Of a DNA stretch of 64,000 nt, positions 50,401 through 62,775 are shown in pieces. The stretch lies in NCBI GenBank assembly GCA_965637545.1, contig OZ281497.1, positions 14,012,001-14,076,000 on the forward strand, read 5' to 3'. The notes under the pieces are model-generated. The model searched no databases, had not been told where the DNA came from, and saw only the letters and a program-made list of their open reading frames with translations. Source of the stretch: Phallusia mammillata (lineage: Eukaryota). Position 1 is the stretch's first letter. Each line of letters starts with the position of its first letter. The position numbers and the translations under genes are program-made.

Positions 50401-53400
50401 AGGACATAATGGTTCGGAGGTTGCTGGTAATTGAACAATGCGCAGTGCGTGGACAATAGCATAAGAGCGATCGCTTTACACTTTTTTCGTGTAGCAGCAT
50501 CGCCTTTCAGTCTCGCGCGTGCGCCTGACACCACTGACGCAGCCGGGGCCGCTAACAGTGAATCTTTCTGTCCTTGTCGAACAAGCTGACGCGCGCCTGG
50601 AATCGCAGAGTACATTGAGATTCGGTGACACGCGGTTGAGTGCAGTGATCGATAAAGCCGGCAAAGCTACGTCGCCACACTCACCTGTGATTTGTTGTCA
50701 GTAAATAGGACGCTACATTACACAGCGTCGCAAAGGGTTGTAAATCGACAGATTTACGCAACGCTTTGGGAGAAATTTTAACCTTGTTCTATTTTGGTAT
50801 GAAGCAACTAATCCCGGGTGTCGGTTGCAAACTGATATTACCCGTTTCTCTATCACGTATCAACAACAACCTTTTCTTTAATTTGCTGCAAATTTTAATT
50901 CGTGCGTTTTATTTGCTTAAGCGTAGTACAACTTGTTGCATAACCAATATTGATGAAAACATGGCCTATGATGAAAGGGGCGGGGACCTGCGATTGCACA
51001 GTTTTAAACAGTTATACAAAGTATCTGTGACAACGCACTATGTTTACAGTTTGTTTTGGTTCCCATACAGCTTTAACAACCATGCTTGACTGCATAAAAT
51101 GACCGATACATGACAAGCTGATGTAACCTTTGGCCCGGACGACAAGCGAAAGAGGATCCGCACTGAGATAAGCACCAACTCATGTATAGCCTACCTATCG
51201 GTTTTCCGCGATGAATTAAGCCAAAATGTCTCTTTTTGTCCATCTCGGTGTGGAAGACGTAATAGCATCCAGGTACGTGGCATTTTTCACCGCCGCTCTG
51301 CTTTTTCTTCGCGCTCTTTATGCGAGGAAATTGTTTCTCAAAATCGGCGCCAGCTGAAACTCAAAAGCTTTACCCCACGTATTCTGCGTAATCCTTGCAA
51401 CAATGCCCACTCCAATCTCGCAGACGTGCTCACTACCGCTGTGCTGGTTTAAAGCCAAAATATATTAGGTCTCCCAATGCTGTCTGTATCCCTTCCTTAC
51501 AGTTTCCGCTGTTTACTAATAACTTTGGAACTTGACTTAGGCAATAACTCCCAAGTTTGTTACTGGCGCTGACAGCAAAATGTTTTGTCTGGCATAACTG
51601 AGTCTTTTGGTGAGAGTGCCGAACCTTTGTCATTCAAGTGAATAAAAAACATGTAACATACCTGATGTTCTTTTTTGGTTGAGTTTGGATGTGGTTACTT
51701 TGGCTTGTTTAACCAAGTCTTGTCGCTCTTTTTCAGCAAGCCGTCTGCTGTTTCTGGCGTTCTGAAGCTGTGACCATAGTTTGGCACCTAAAAATGTATG
51801 TTACGTCAACGATCGTAGGCTCCCCAACGGGCAAAGAAATTGATACCACGCAGCACATTAAACGTTTCATAAAGTATTTTATCCAGTTGGTGAAACAATG
51901 TTCGCTTTAAACATAATCTTCTAAGTTACTTTCGGGCAGCACTAAACTTCTGTTACCCGTAAACAAATTTCGTGGTTGTGGGTAAACTGTTGGGACAACT
52001 GAAGTTAGTTGGGTCATATGTTTAAATCGGAAAGAACTTTTATCACTCGATCCAACCAAAACCATTTAACAATGTTGCGTTTTGACAGAAAAAAATAAAC
52101 ATAGAAATGGTAGTCATGGCATTTACTGCATGGTGAAAAAGACAACTGAAATATAGAAATATTACGTGATGACAGCTATTACTAGTTTGGAATCAATGTA
52201 TTATTAACCGTTTAGTTGGGGACGAAAAAAACGTCATATGAAATATGCGTGTTTGAGTCCCTGACATTATTATGTAAATAAGCATGAAAATGATGTTCTC
52301 ACGGTCTGAACTGCCAAGACGCTTTTCGGTTTCATTTTCTTGTTTAACAGTTGATACTTGGGGAGGAGGTTCATGTTTGGCGGAAGACGACTAAAACAGA
52401 AAACATGCTGTTGCATTAAACATACTGACCGAGAGAGAAATTCGCTTAAATATACAATACACACACCTTGCTTTCATTGGGTCTGGGCGACGACGCTGGT
52501 GTTGTAACCACCTCTTGTTGTTCAACAGCGGGTTTGTGAAACTTTGGAATGCGGATAGGAGACGGAGACGCTTGGTGAGTGATTTCTTTCTGCACCTGTC
52601 AAAACATCCCCATCACCACGCACTCGAAAAAACGTGCCAACCCGAGCTAGTAAGCCTAAATCTTTGGCCATGATTGAGCTACAACAGATACATGTCGTGT
52701 TATGATAAGAAAACGCATGACGTCAAGCAATAAGCAACATCATTGAGCCGTCACTCACCAAGTGGGTTTGGCTGAGAGCAAAGAAAATATTTGTGTTATA
52801 GTGAAGTTGTTTTTGAACAATGCATTGAACGAAGATTTGGTGTTTAGAAGCATAAACATGAATGTCATGATTAGACAATCTTTACCTTGACAAAATGAAA
52901 GCCATGGGTGTATGGTAAAAATGTTACAATGTGTCAAGGCGATGTAATGAAATTTAAAACTTTACTGTACACGAAAACAGAACAAAGACATTTTAGTTCT
53001 GTATGCTATATATTAAATGAGCTACATTAAAAGTACATATACCTGTAATTATGGTTGCATGATTTGTAATTGCACATTAATATTTACTACCACCACAAAA
53101 CACACACACACATTACAAGGACTAAAATAAGGAAAATCAGTGCACTGCAAATAATTTAAGAAATCGTGTTTCATGCATTTATGATTGTTATTTTGCAAAG
53201 AAAGTTAGTAAAGAGAAATCACACAAAAATGTAAGTTCTCTACAACACCACTCAAATAAAGTCTTACATCAGTTTGCTTAACGTTGTCCTCTCTGTCATT
53301 TTCAGGTTTGGTGGGAATTTTCTCGACAGGTTTCTCGATCAACTTTGATTTTGAAACTTCAACATCTTCATGTTTAACAGTTTTCACTTGTGTAACAACA

Positions 53401-56400
53401 TCAGTATCAGACTCATTAGAAGTCAGTTGATTTTTTTGATGGAATGGTGCTTCATTGTCACGTTTTTGTTTAGCATGATTAGATATGATGTTTGCTTTGG
53501 CTGACAATTTATCACTACCACCAGTATTTACTTTTCTCTGGGTCGGCATTCCATCTGGATCACCTCTGGACATGACTTTTTCAGGTTCGTCAGTATCTTT
53601 TTGATCAATCACAGTTTCATCATGGATTCCCAGGAACTGCTTAGCAACTGCCATGTCATTGTTTCCAACACGAGTGGCTGTTGTCACAAAAGCAATAACA
53701 GCAGTGGTACCAGAAGGGGGTATAATAGGAGAATTGTGCTCCGATAAACCGGAAATGGACTCTCTTTTCATCATCTGGTCTTTTTCAACTACACCGTCCT
53801 CTTTAGACTCTTCAAACTTCTTCACATCAACATTTTTTTGTTCAGCAGATTTAACAGACTTCACTTTTGTCTTTTCTGTATCAGAACCAGTAAAGACATC
53901 AAATTGAATAGAAGGCTGATGATCACTTTCACCACCAGATGATTCTCCTGTTTGCTCCTTTTCCATGTTTTGTTGGTGTTGGATTGTCATAAAGTTCAAT
54001 TCCTTTTGAAACTCATCTTCTGAGCTTTCATAACCATCTTCATCATCTTCTTCTTCATTATCGGCATCTGATCCTACTACTTCATTTCGAGGAAACATAT
54101 ATTTGGGCTGCAATAAAGACCAGCCATCTGAATAGGGCATTTTGTTTTGTGGTGGTGTAACACTCAATGTGACATTATCTTCATGTGATGTCTCAGTACC
54201 ATGTTGTATTTGTTTAAAATCTGCAGTTTTTCCATGGTTATATCCACCAGACATTTGCCTTTTCTCCATGTCATTTTCAGAATGTGGTGAAGTTGGATTG
54301 TTGGCCTGTTGATAGTTCCCCATCTCTGAGAAATGATTGGAGAAGCCTGATGCAAATTCCTCACCTTTAGCAAGTTCATTTTGTGTTTTTAATGTTTCCT
54401 GTTCATTGCCATTTTGTCCGCTTTCTGTCGACAATTTTGAGCCAGAATGTTCAACAAAATCATTCTGATGAGATTCTTCTTGTGAAAATGATCTTTCTGT
54501 TTCCCTAATCAGATTTTCATGGGAAATCTGTTTTGTTATTGCACTTGGCAGTGGTACATCATTATTACTTGATATATCACCAAGTCTGGCATTATCAGTG
54601 GCAGGCGGTAAAGTTCTTTGAGGTTTGTTGACTGTAGCACTTTTATCTTCAAGTGGTAAAGTGTGCTGATTTTTAAAGGAATGTTGTCTTTCTAAAACTG
54701 TGCTTTTAGTAAGCAGTGCCCTATTGTTGTCCCATACCATTGATGAAGATTCAAAGACTTCTGATTGAGGCTGTTTCTGTGCTTCTTGTTTGTGATCACT
54801 GGTGGACCCAGACAATAATCTACAAAAGCCAAAAAATCAAGATTCTTGATTTGTGCAAACATAGTTGCTTGGTAACTTACAGAAACAATACACTACCACT
54901 AATTTCAGTAGCAATTTTGAACAATGGGTTAAAAGTCTGGTGGCAAACACAAGTGCTGTGGAGAGGCAATTGTGTGAGAAGTGTTACTTGTTTTCGGGAC
55001 TGAGCACACATGCCTCTAATAAAGGGCCCTGTTTGCACAAAAGCTAAAACCACTTGATGTAAAGAGCAAAGCCAGTTATGTGATCTAACCGCTACAATAG
55101 GACTTCAGGCTTTTTCATGGTTGTGTCAATGGGGCTTAAAAGTTTCTCGATACGTAGAACAAATTGTGGCTTACTTTATTGTTGCAAATTTATCATAAAA
55201 ATAATCATGGCATAAAAATACAGCTTCCAGTAAAACAAAAGTATATTTATATTAGACATGGATGAAGAAGTTTGATGAAAGAAGCAAACATTTAAAATAA
55301 TAGCCAACCAATTTCAATCAACAATGAAAGGAATTGCTAAAAATATATACATCCGACCCATGGTATACCTCATTTTCATTTTGTTTATGGTGGAGTCATC
55401 AGAATCACTCTGGTCCTGTTCCATATAGCCTGAATCATTATTAGTACTGTTGGTCGGTGGTTTTTCCTCCATGACAATGGAAGATTGAGAAATGCCTCTG
55501 CTTTCTAAACCTGTAGTTAGGGTTTGGGGATCAAATGGCAAGGTGGGAAGGTTCCCACCGTATACAGGGGAACCATGAGAAACACTAATCTGGTATGATG
55601 CATTACTACTTGTGCCAGATATTGGGCGATCATGCAAGCTGTACTCTTTTGATTTGCGCATTGGGTTATTTGAATGATGGGTGGATAAATAAACAGCATG
55701 CTTGGGGTGAGTGGGGTTAGTAGGTAACTGGGGAGAGGTGTTAATAAATTGTCGTCTCCTTTTTGTACTGCTGGTTATACTTGGATTAGAATAAATGTGG
55801 TTGTGATTGCCAAGGGAATCGTGCATTTTGTAGTCATGCAAATGGGGTAAATTAAAGAGGTTAGGTTCACAGCTTTCAAGTGGATCAACATTGCTATAGG
55901 CTGGGGGTAAAATGGGTGGGAAAAAACAAACAAAAGTTTTGCAACAAAACTTTTGGACAAACTAAGCAGGCATAACTTGCTATAAAAGCAGAAATAATTA
56001 GACGCTCAACAAGTAAGTGCCATAGCTCTATCAACTGCTACTACATGCTTACCAAACACCAAATTTAGTTTTTGCAGTTCATATTTTAAGAACATGCACT
56101 AAAACTGATCCCATTGCAAATTATTTTAAGTACACAAACATTCAGTGCACAAAAGAAGACAATTTTTTTAAAAAATTGTCCTATTCAAATGTTTGCTTCA
56201 GTAATCAAACAAGTTATACTTCTGATAAAAAGCAACACAAAACAGACATTTTTGTGGTGAATATTGTTGATTAAAAACATAATTCCTGAGTTAGTAAAAT
56301 TTTTCTAAACACAAACATAGACAACGCATAGATTTTTACCAAAGTTTTTGTGTACTTGAGTCAAGTATAAGCACCTTCACTGACCTTGCGAAGAATTTGT

Positions 56401-57691
56401 AGATGAACGATTTGGCATGTTGTAATGAACCTTACGCTTTTGAGGTCCCTCATGCAAGACTGATTTTGCCTGACTGGGTTGACTTCGTTCAACAAGCACA
56501 TGATCTTCTGGGTGCTTGAAAGGAGACATAGCATCAGATGCTTGACCAGGGGTTGTTCGGCCACGCTGGCCACGTGGAAAGATCGGCTTGTTTGGGTTTT
56601 CACCAGTCAAACTGCTTTTTCCACTTATGTGTCGCTTCTGCCGTTTGATGTCCTTGCTTGCAGGTGGACTGGCAGCTTGACTTCTGTAAACACTTTTATT
56701 GCTGTCATGCCTGTCATTTTCCATTGACCGCCTTAATTGGTCAACTATTGCCTTCTGCTTGTGTGACCCGTGTCTGACCAGCTGTTGTGATTCATGGCTT
56801 TCAGACACAGGATCACTATCTTCAAAACGCTGCTGTGTTGGTGTATGTTGTTTATAAATTGTTTCTGGTACCAGTTCTGGTGAAATGCTTTCTGGTTCAG
56901 AGAAAGGTTTATGCAAATCTTGCATCTTGGGGGTAATGGGAGGCAGAACAGAATAGTTGTACATATTGGGTTGCCCAGGCAAAACAAATATTTCTGGCAT
57001 GATGCTCTGAAAAATGATTTAAGGTTTATAAATGCTAATAAAAGATTTATGTACAAGAAAAATATACAACATGAATATACTTACCTGAGGGGGAAGAAAA
57101 GTTTTCACTTTTAACTGTTTCTCTTGACTTTTGCGCACCTACATAAGTTTAGTTCAGTCACTTGATTGTCAGTATATTTCAATTTTAAAAGGCATTTCAA
57201 AGTCTGTCATTTTAACACATATATTTTATTTTGCAATGTCTTTACCAAAGCCAAACAGCGTCCAATATGTTTCAAAAATACATAGCTCTTGGGAAAAAAG
57301 TTTTCCCCCAACTGGAGCCGCATGTCGTTCCGAAGTTTGGCGAGTGGAGTGTCTGGCAAAACTCTACAAACATACAAATCAAACTGCAAATTATGACCAG
57401 TGTTCAAAAGAATGTTGTACAACTGAGCTACCAAACCTGATAAATCCAACAGAGAATGTGTCAGCAATGACTTTATGACTGGCATAATTCAGTCTCTCTA
57501 CCCAGTGCTCCATTGGAACAATGGAAATGTGTAGATCCACCAACTGAATAAATACATTTTTACAACAAACAATTACCAGCAATGCTTTCAATATGGTGTA
57601 CATTGTACAAACAAGATGGTACAAATGCAAAACGTTGGCTTACATTATCAGATGGTGGTCTATAGTCCACAGAATCTCCTCCATCACTCAT
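47494..57691 (-). CDS. SPATA1: Spermatogenesis-associated protein 1-like, with a long low-complexity central insertion; 14 coding exons in my model
   Basis: N-terminus RPPSDN|LVDLHISIVP..W...LN...FSVGFIR|VLPD..L..LR..L...YVFLKHIGRCLAL|VRKSQEKQLKVKTFLPP..PEIFVLP. C-terminal coiled coil ERQDLVKQAK...RDMWKKKFFEEKK...LE...IQVTRLQHDIDGLRRKIEDAKIKLTGEIK|LRHQAEED. Both match my recollection of SPATA1. GT-AG phases are consistent. ATG at 57691, TGA at 47494-47496. Confidence 0.88.
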
Positions 57692-58020
57692 TTTGAAGAT
57701 TTTAACGAGGTAAACCTTACTGTTAAATGTTGTCCATGTTTCTCCTAATCCAGCATACCTGCACTTGTTCAAGTAAACCCAACACTTATAATGACATGCT
57801 AAAAAACCCTGAAAATGCGTGAACGAAGTAATAAATAATATACTAAAACAGAAAAAACAACAACACTACGTTTACATTTAACCGGTCATTATGCAACCAC
57901 TGCATGCCAATTTTCAACACAATTGTTGCATTAGACTTCGGTTGCATAAATCAAACTTGTCCCGTTAAAAAAATAGTTAATGAGAAAAACTGTACGCGTT
58001 GCAGCAAGGAGTTTGCAGCT

Positions 58021-58035
58021 GTTGCTAGTCGCAAC
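58021..58035. promoter_or_regulatory. X-box (RFX)-like imperfect palindrome upstream of the SPATA1-like gene
   Basis: GTTGCTAGTCGCAAC about 330 nt upstream of the ATG, with further GTTGC half-sites nearby. RFX is known to regulate ciliary and flagellar genes. Confidence 0.35.
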
Positions 58036-58543
58036 CATGCACGTTACACATAGAAATATATTACGAATTACGTATTCCACTACTTTCAAATCAAATCAAA
58101 CTTTAAAAAAACGCTGTTCACGCTGCCAATTAAAAACTAAACTAGAAGACATTGGTGATAACAGCGCGTACATGTTTCAAAAAAGTATTTTTTACGTTTT
58201 GCCTTGTACTGACGTCTAGCGGATAAAAATTCTGACAGACCAAAAACCCAAACTTATCTTGTTTTACTTGTACGAACACTCCTAACCACCATTTACTAAT
58301 TTGGGAAGTTTAGTAGTAACATACGCATACCTAAATCTGTGTTAGTAAAGCCTGTATTTATCCAGGACCATGTACCACGAAAACATAACTCAGTTACAGG
58401 GAACTCAAAACCGACAAACAAACACTTGCGTCCATATAAAACAAAACTTTGGAACTTTAAACAAAATAATGCTACACAGGAAAGTTCGCGTTTTGGCGTC
58501 TTCGAAAGCGGCCGAAACAGGGCAAAATTGTTAAACCTGTTAT

Positions 58544-60636
58544 CTATCTGCAACCACAGTTTGTTGCAATCATGTGCGGAAACATCTTGGTGACGAGTTC
58601 CCCCTCTTCTTGTGTGATGTAATGCTGAGTTTCAAACGAAGTTGGAACACAGCACACACGGTTAGTCGCTTCCTACAGAGAAAATAAAAAGAGTCGTGCG
58701 ATTGAAGCCGGTATGACAAACGTCCAGTCAAAAACATACGTACGTAGCTTATCAATATCGCGTGATTTGTGGCGTCGACGTGATCAGGAATAGGAAGAGC
58801 GCAGCTTCCAACACATTCCGAGATGTCCCAGAACTGTTTGCCTTGCTCCGGCCAAGACACTTTAAATCTCTAAAGGTCGATTAGTTCGTGAAATATAGGT
58901 TTAGAGAAGTTGGACATAAGAAACTGTGCTTACCTTTGTTGTATTTGAATTTACTACGAAGGAAATGAGGTGACAAGGTTGTCGATGTTTCAAGTATCTC
59001 GGAGTGTTTATGACTGTTGCTCGGCTCCCCCTGTTTTTATGCAAACGCCGAACTGATGTGTCTGCTGATCTGGTCCGTCTCCGGAGTTGACTCTTACGAT
59101 AATAATGAATTACTGGTGGTTGTCGTCGCGTGTAGCCTGTAAAGTCAACACAACGTTACACTAAGTAGTGAACGCTGACTACAACGACCCACTGGCGTCC
59201 ATGTAACCACTAGCAAATATATTTGGTGACTCTCAAAAACACAAGCGTCACCTGTGTCTCCGCGACGTAACTTTGCTTGTAGCCGCTTCCTTACCAATCG
59301 GTTTCTGCGTGGCGAGGAATGTCGAAAATGCAATACCAACCCAAGAACTTTGTCCACGACGGGAGCCGTAGACCTACTTCTTACCCCTACAAAAGTAAAA
59401 CTTATTGGTGTTTAAAATGTAAGTATAAAACACTTCATGAGAACTAAATGCCAGCGCTACAAAACCTACACTGTTGTCACGCTTTTGATAGATACTATCA
59501 AATAACTTACACTCGTGAAAAAACCGTTGCCGTGGTTGAATGTTTACAAAAATTGTCAAATTATGTGATTGCGATCGATGCCAAGTTGTCAGAAAAGTAG
59601 TTTTCAAGTCCAGGACAAGAAAACGACCGTCTCCAAAGGAACATGTCGGCTACAAAATACACTTAGTTTGACATTTGACACAAAGTTTTCGTAAATGGAA
59701 CATACCTGTAAACTCGTGTGCAAAGTACGAAGTGATGTTCCTTCCCCGACCGACGCCATTGTACTATACGTGCCAAACGCTTCTCCAATGTCCAACGGTT
59801 TTTGTCGTAAAACAACCACTTCTGCTGCCACCAGTTGCTGTCGGTCAAAACTGAAACAAATTGTATAAACATGTATTCCAACTAAACAAATGCAATTATC
59901 CAACTTTTGCCGGGAAGGTCGAATAGTTATTGTGCCGTTATGAATTTTCCAGTTGCTTTCATGCACCAGTGGCACAACGGTTGATGTCCTTTGACGAATA
60001 GAGAAAAAATGTTTCCATTGTTTGGTTATCTTTTTTGAGGATGTGTAACATGGTGAAACATAATTCAACAATAGGTTTTCAATGCTTCCTTCTCTGTTTC
60101 TCCAATTGGATATGGCTAAAAGTAAAGTGTCATAAATAGTCTATTCACCTCATCCGGCTTTTAACTAAAAAAGCCTATAGAATAAATTATTACCGGATAT
60201 ATAGCTAAATATAGTAGTGTTCAGATCGTGACTTGCAATTCGTACATCATTGTTTGTCGTGGACGTTGGTGCTAAAGAAAAACATGAGCGGGAATTGCAA
60301 GGCCAACTACGCATGCATACATGAGGCAAACATATCTTACATGTGCGGCCCACTTTGGTTGCATTTCGAATGTGATCCAGAAAACGCATACATCGTGATT
60401 TCAAATCTGTCCCAGGCAAATCGTTCAACCACCGATTGCTGAGGAAAAAAGAACAAGCAAAAATAACACAAACTTATTAACTTAATTTTAACTTACTCAT
60501 TTCGGTGAATCAAGCAGTCAACCAAGAAATCATCTTTGTGTCTGGATCTTCCATCAGACGTTGTTAAAAATCTCCCGATCATAAACTGAATGAAAAGACA
60601 GTACAAAACCAACTTCTGAGACAGATGCATGGCCAT
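58544..60636 (-). CDS. Divergent TGF-beta/BMP superfamily ligand precursor (~467 aa, ~10 exons)
   Basis: Exons: 60636-60497, 60438-60341, 60271-60194, 60115-59905 (this donor is uncertain), 59850-59706, 59649-59511, 59386-59252, 59136-58934, 58869-58744, 58672-58544. Signal peptide MAMHLSQKLVLYCLFIQFMIGRFLTTSDG. Prodomain-like NTTIFSY and LVAAEVVVLR. Furin site RRRTR|S. Seven-Cys knot C...CVGSC...PDHVDATNHAI...CCVPT...MIATNCGCR*. Confidence 0.92.
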
Positions 60637-61648
60637 TGAACAAAACTGCTGGCAAGGTGTGCTTCGTCAACTGCAACTCATCAAGCAGCTTGCTGGGGGC
60701 AATCAACCGCCTATTTGCGGAACACGTGCCTTGTCGCGACAATTGATTATTTACATTAATTCGGCCAGACATACAAGCAGTGAATCAGAGTTCGGAGTGC
60801 TAATGAGATTGCAAGATTTGCTTTAGCTTTAAGAAAAATCTAACAAACATGTTAGCGACACGAAAGAATATAGTTTTAACACCAAAGTTTGTTGGGACGA
60901 CTCGATCGCAAGCAAGATTTCCCTCATTGAAATAGTCTGTATTGACTTTTGTTCCACACACCAAACTGCGATGAAAAAAAATTGAAAAAAATTAGTCTAA
61001 CAAATTATCTAGCAAGTTACAAATAAGACTAACAGGCTTCTTGTGTTGTAAATAAATCTGCTATTTAAATTGGTCGCGATTCATTGTATCAAAATCTATG
61101 AGAGGTATACAACCCGCAGATTTATTTAGGCAGACGTGCACACCAAATGTATATGGCGGCCGTGCAAAAACTTCTATGGAAAGGTAAAGTTGTGTATGTA
61201 TATTACAAGCTAAATCTAGACACAAGTCATACTTTTAGTCGTTAACAGATTATTGTCCTTTTGACAGATTATTGTCCTTTGACATAGCTTTCAAGACGCA
61301 AAAATCACTAAAATAGCCTTCAATTCATTTTGATAAAGTTGTTTCGCAAGAATGTGTGAGTAACATCGTGTACCCCAAAACAGCACAGACAACACTTAAC
61401 GAAAACTTTTGAGTCATCCCTGAAAAGAATTGTGAGAACTTCTGTGTATAGGTTAGGCTACTATAGGCGCCAAAATTCTGGACGTAAATGTGTTTTCAAA
61501 AATTATTTCCTGACACAAAGTTTACGCCTAAATTGCAGACATGCCTCGGAAATTCCGGACGTCTGATTTCCCCATTGTAGGCTCATTAATTGCGATACAA
61601 CATAAACCGTTAAAACAAAGTATAATAATATAAATGAAAACGTCAGAG

Positions 61649-61925
61649 CAGCGGTTCCCAACCTTTTTGGTGCCATGGCCCCTTGATAACATTTGCTAAG
61701 TTGCGGTGACCCCTAGGATTAAATTAGTAGGCTAAATTTAAATTGAAAATATAAATTGACTGTATTTTTTGTCAACAGTAAAGTGGTCTATAAGTTTATT
61801 TTAATGGCGCTAGTGGTCCTTGGCCTAAAACAAGTTTATGGGAACCATATGCCTTGTAGGCGACCCCAAGCAAATTGCCAGGCGACCTCATGTTGGGATT
61901 GTGACCTACAGGTTGGGAACCGTTG
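61649..61925. mobile_element. Older hAT (Charlie-like) MITE
   Basis: Ends CAGCGGTTCCCAACCT and AGGTTGGGAACCGTTG, the same TIR type as 30734-34201. Flanking 8-mers match only partly. Confidence 0.7.
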
Positions 61926-62775
61926 TCTTCGAGTGATCAACCAATTTTCTGTTCAATCCATGGATAAAGAAATAAAATTTGAATTTTAGGCATACGAAAA
62001 CCATGTTTTTCTTGTCTACTGAAATTTGTAAACAAAAAGCAATGAACACACTGGCGACCGTTGGTTAAAACCGGCCGTCTAATCGGAAAGGTTGTGCACC
62101 ACACCTAATCTAGGGGGAAATGATATATTTACGTGGTTGAAATGAAATAACGGTAAGGACAAAAAATAACGTAAGTCAAAAATGGGTCATTAAAAACTAG
62201 AACGAACATATTTTCAAGGAAGTCGTTTTTTGTAGAAATCAACAGTTGTTTGTACATGTTACTTTGCAACAAAATCATGGCGGCAGCATCTGTATATATG
62301 AGACCCTTGCCCCTGTTGTATAAAAATATATAAAACTAAACTCATTCATGCGTATCAAAAGGCTGGCGGGGTGACGAACTTTGGCTTCGACAAAGAGAAA
62401 AATATCTACGCAGTGCAACGCTTCGTTTTTTTTCTCGCGGTTTGACCACGTGTGTGTAATGTATAAACCTGACAGTGGTGTTGTTATCTGTGTTAAGATA
62501 AAAGTTATATAATTGTATTAACATTGTAGTGTAGCTTGGACTGTGATTTTGCCTCGCCTGGCGAAAAATGATTGACCAAAAAGTCCACAATCGCCAATTT
62601 GTTGCAAAGGTCCCCGTTTGGTTGCATCTTGCAATCACTCAACATTCTGGTCACATATATTTGTTTGATTTTCATTTAAAAGCAATAAAAATGAATCATT
62701 GTTTAAATTTTTGCTTACAGGTTTTCTAACAATATCTCGGATGCATATTTGTTGCAAAAAATCTATTGTAAAACC

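Noticed and set aside
57691-58544. Operon linking the BMP-like gene and SPATA1 (same strand, ~850 nt apart)
   Set aside because: The interval has promoter-like features (X-box-like motif, CpG-containing stretch, likely 5'-UTR exon), so a separate promoter is the simpler explanation. It cannot be excluded without SL data.
58544-60636. Assigning BMP2/4, ADMP or Nodal
   Set aside because: The mature domain lacks the conserved finger-1 motif those ligands retain and is too divergent to name from memory.
62277-62333. ATGGCGGCAGCA as the PRMT5 start (MAAA...)
   Set aside because: It stops after 18 codons, and splicing to the 62721 acceptor meets a stop. It is more likely a YY1-type promoter motif.
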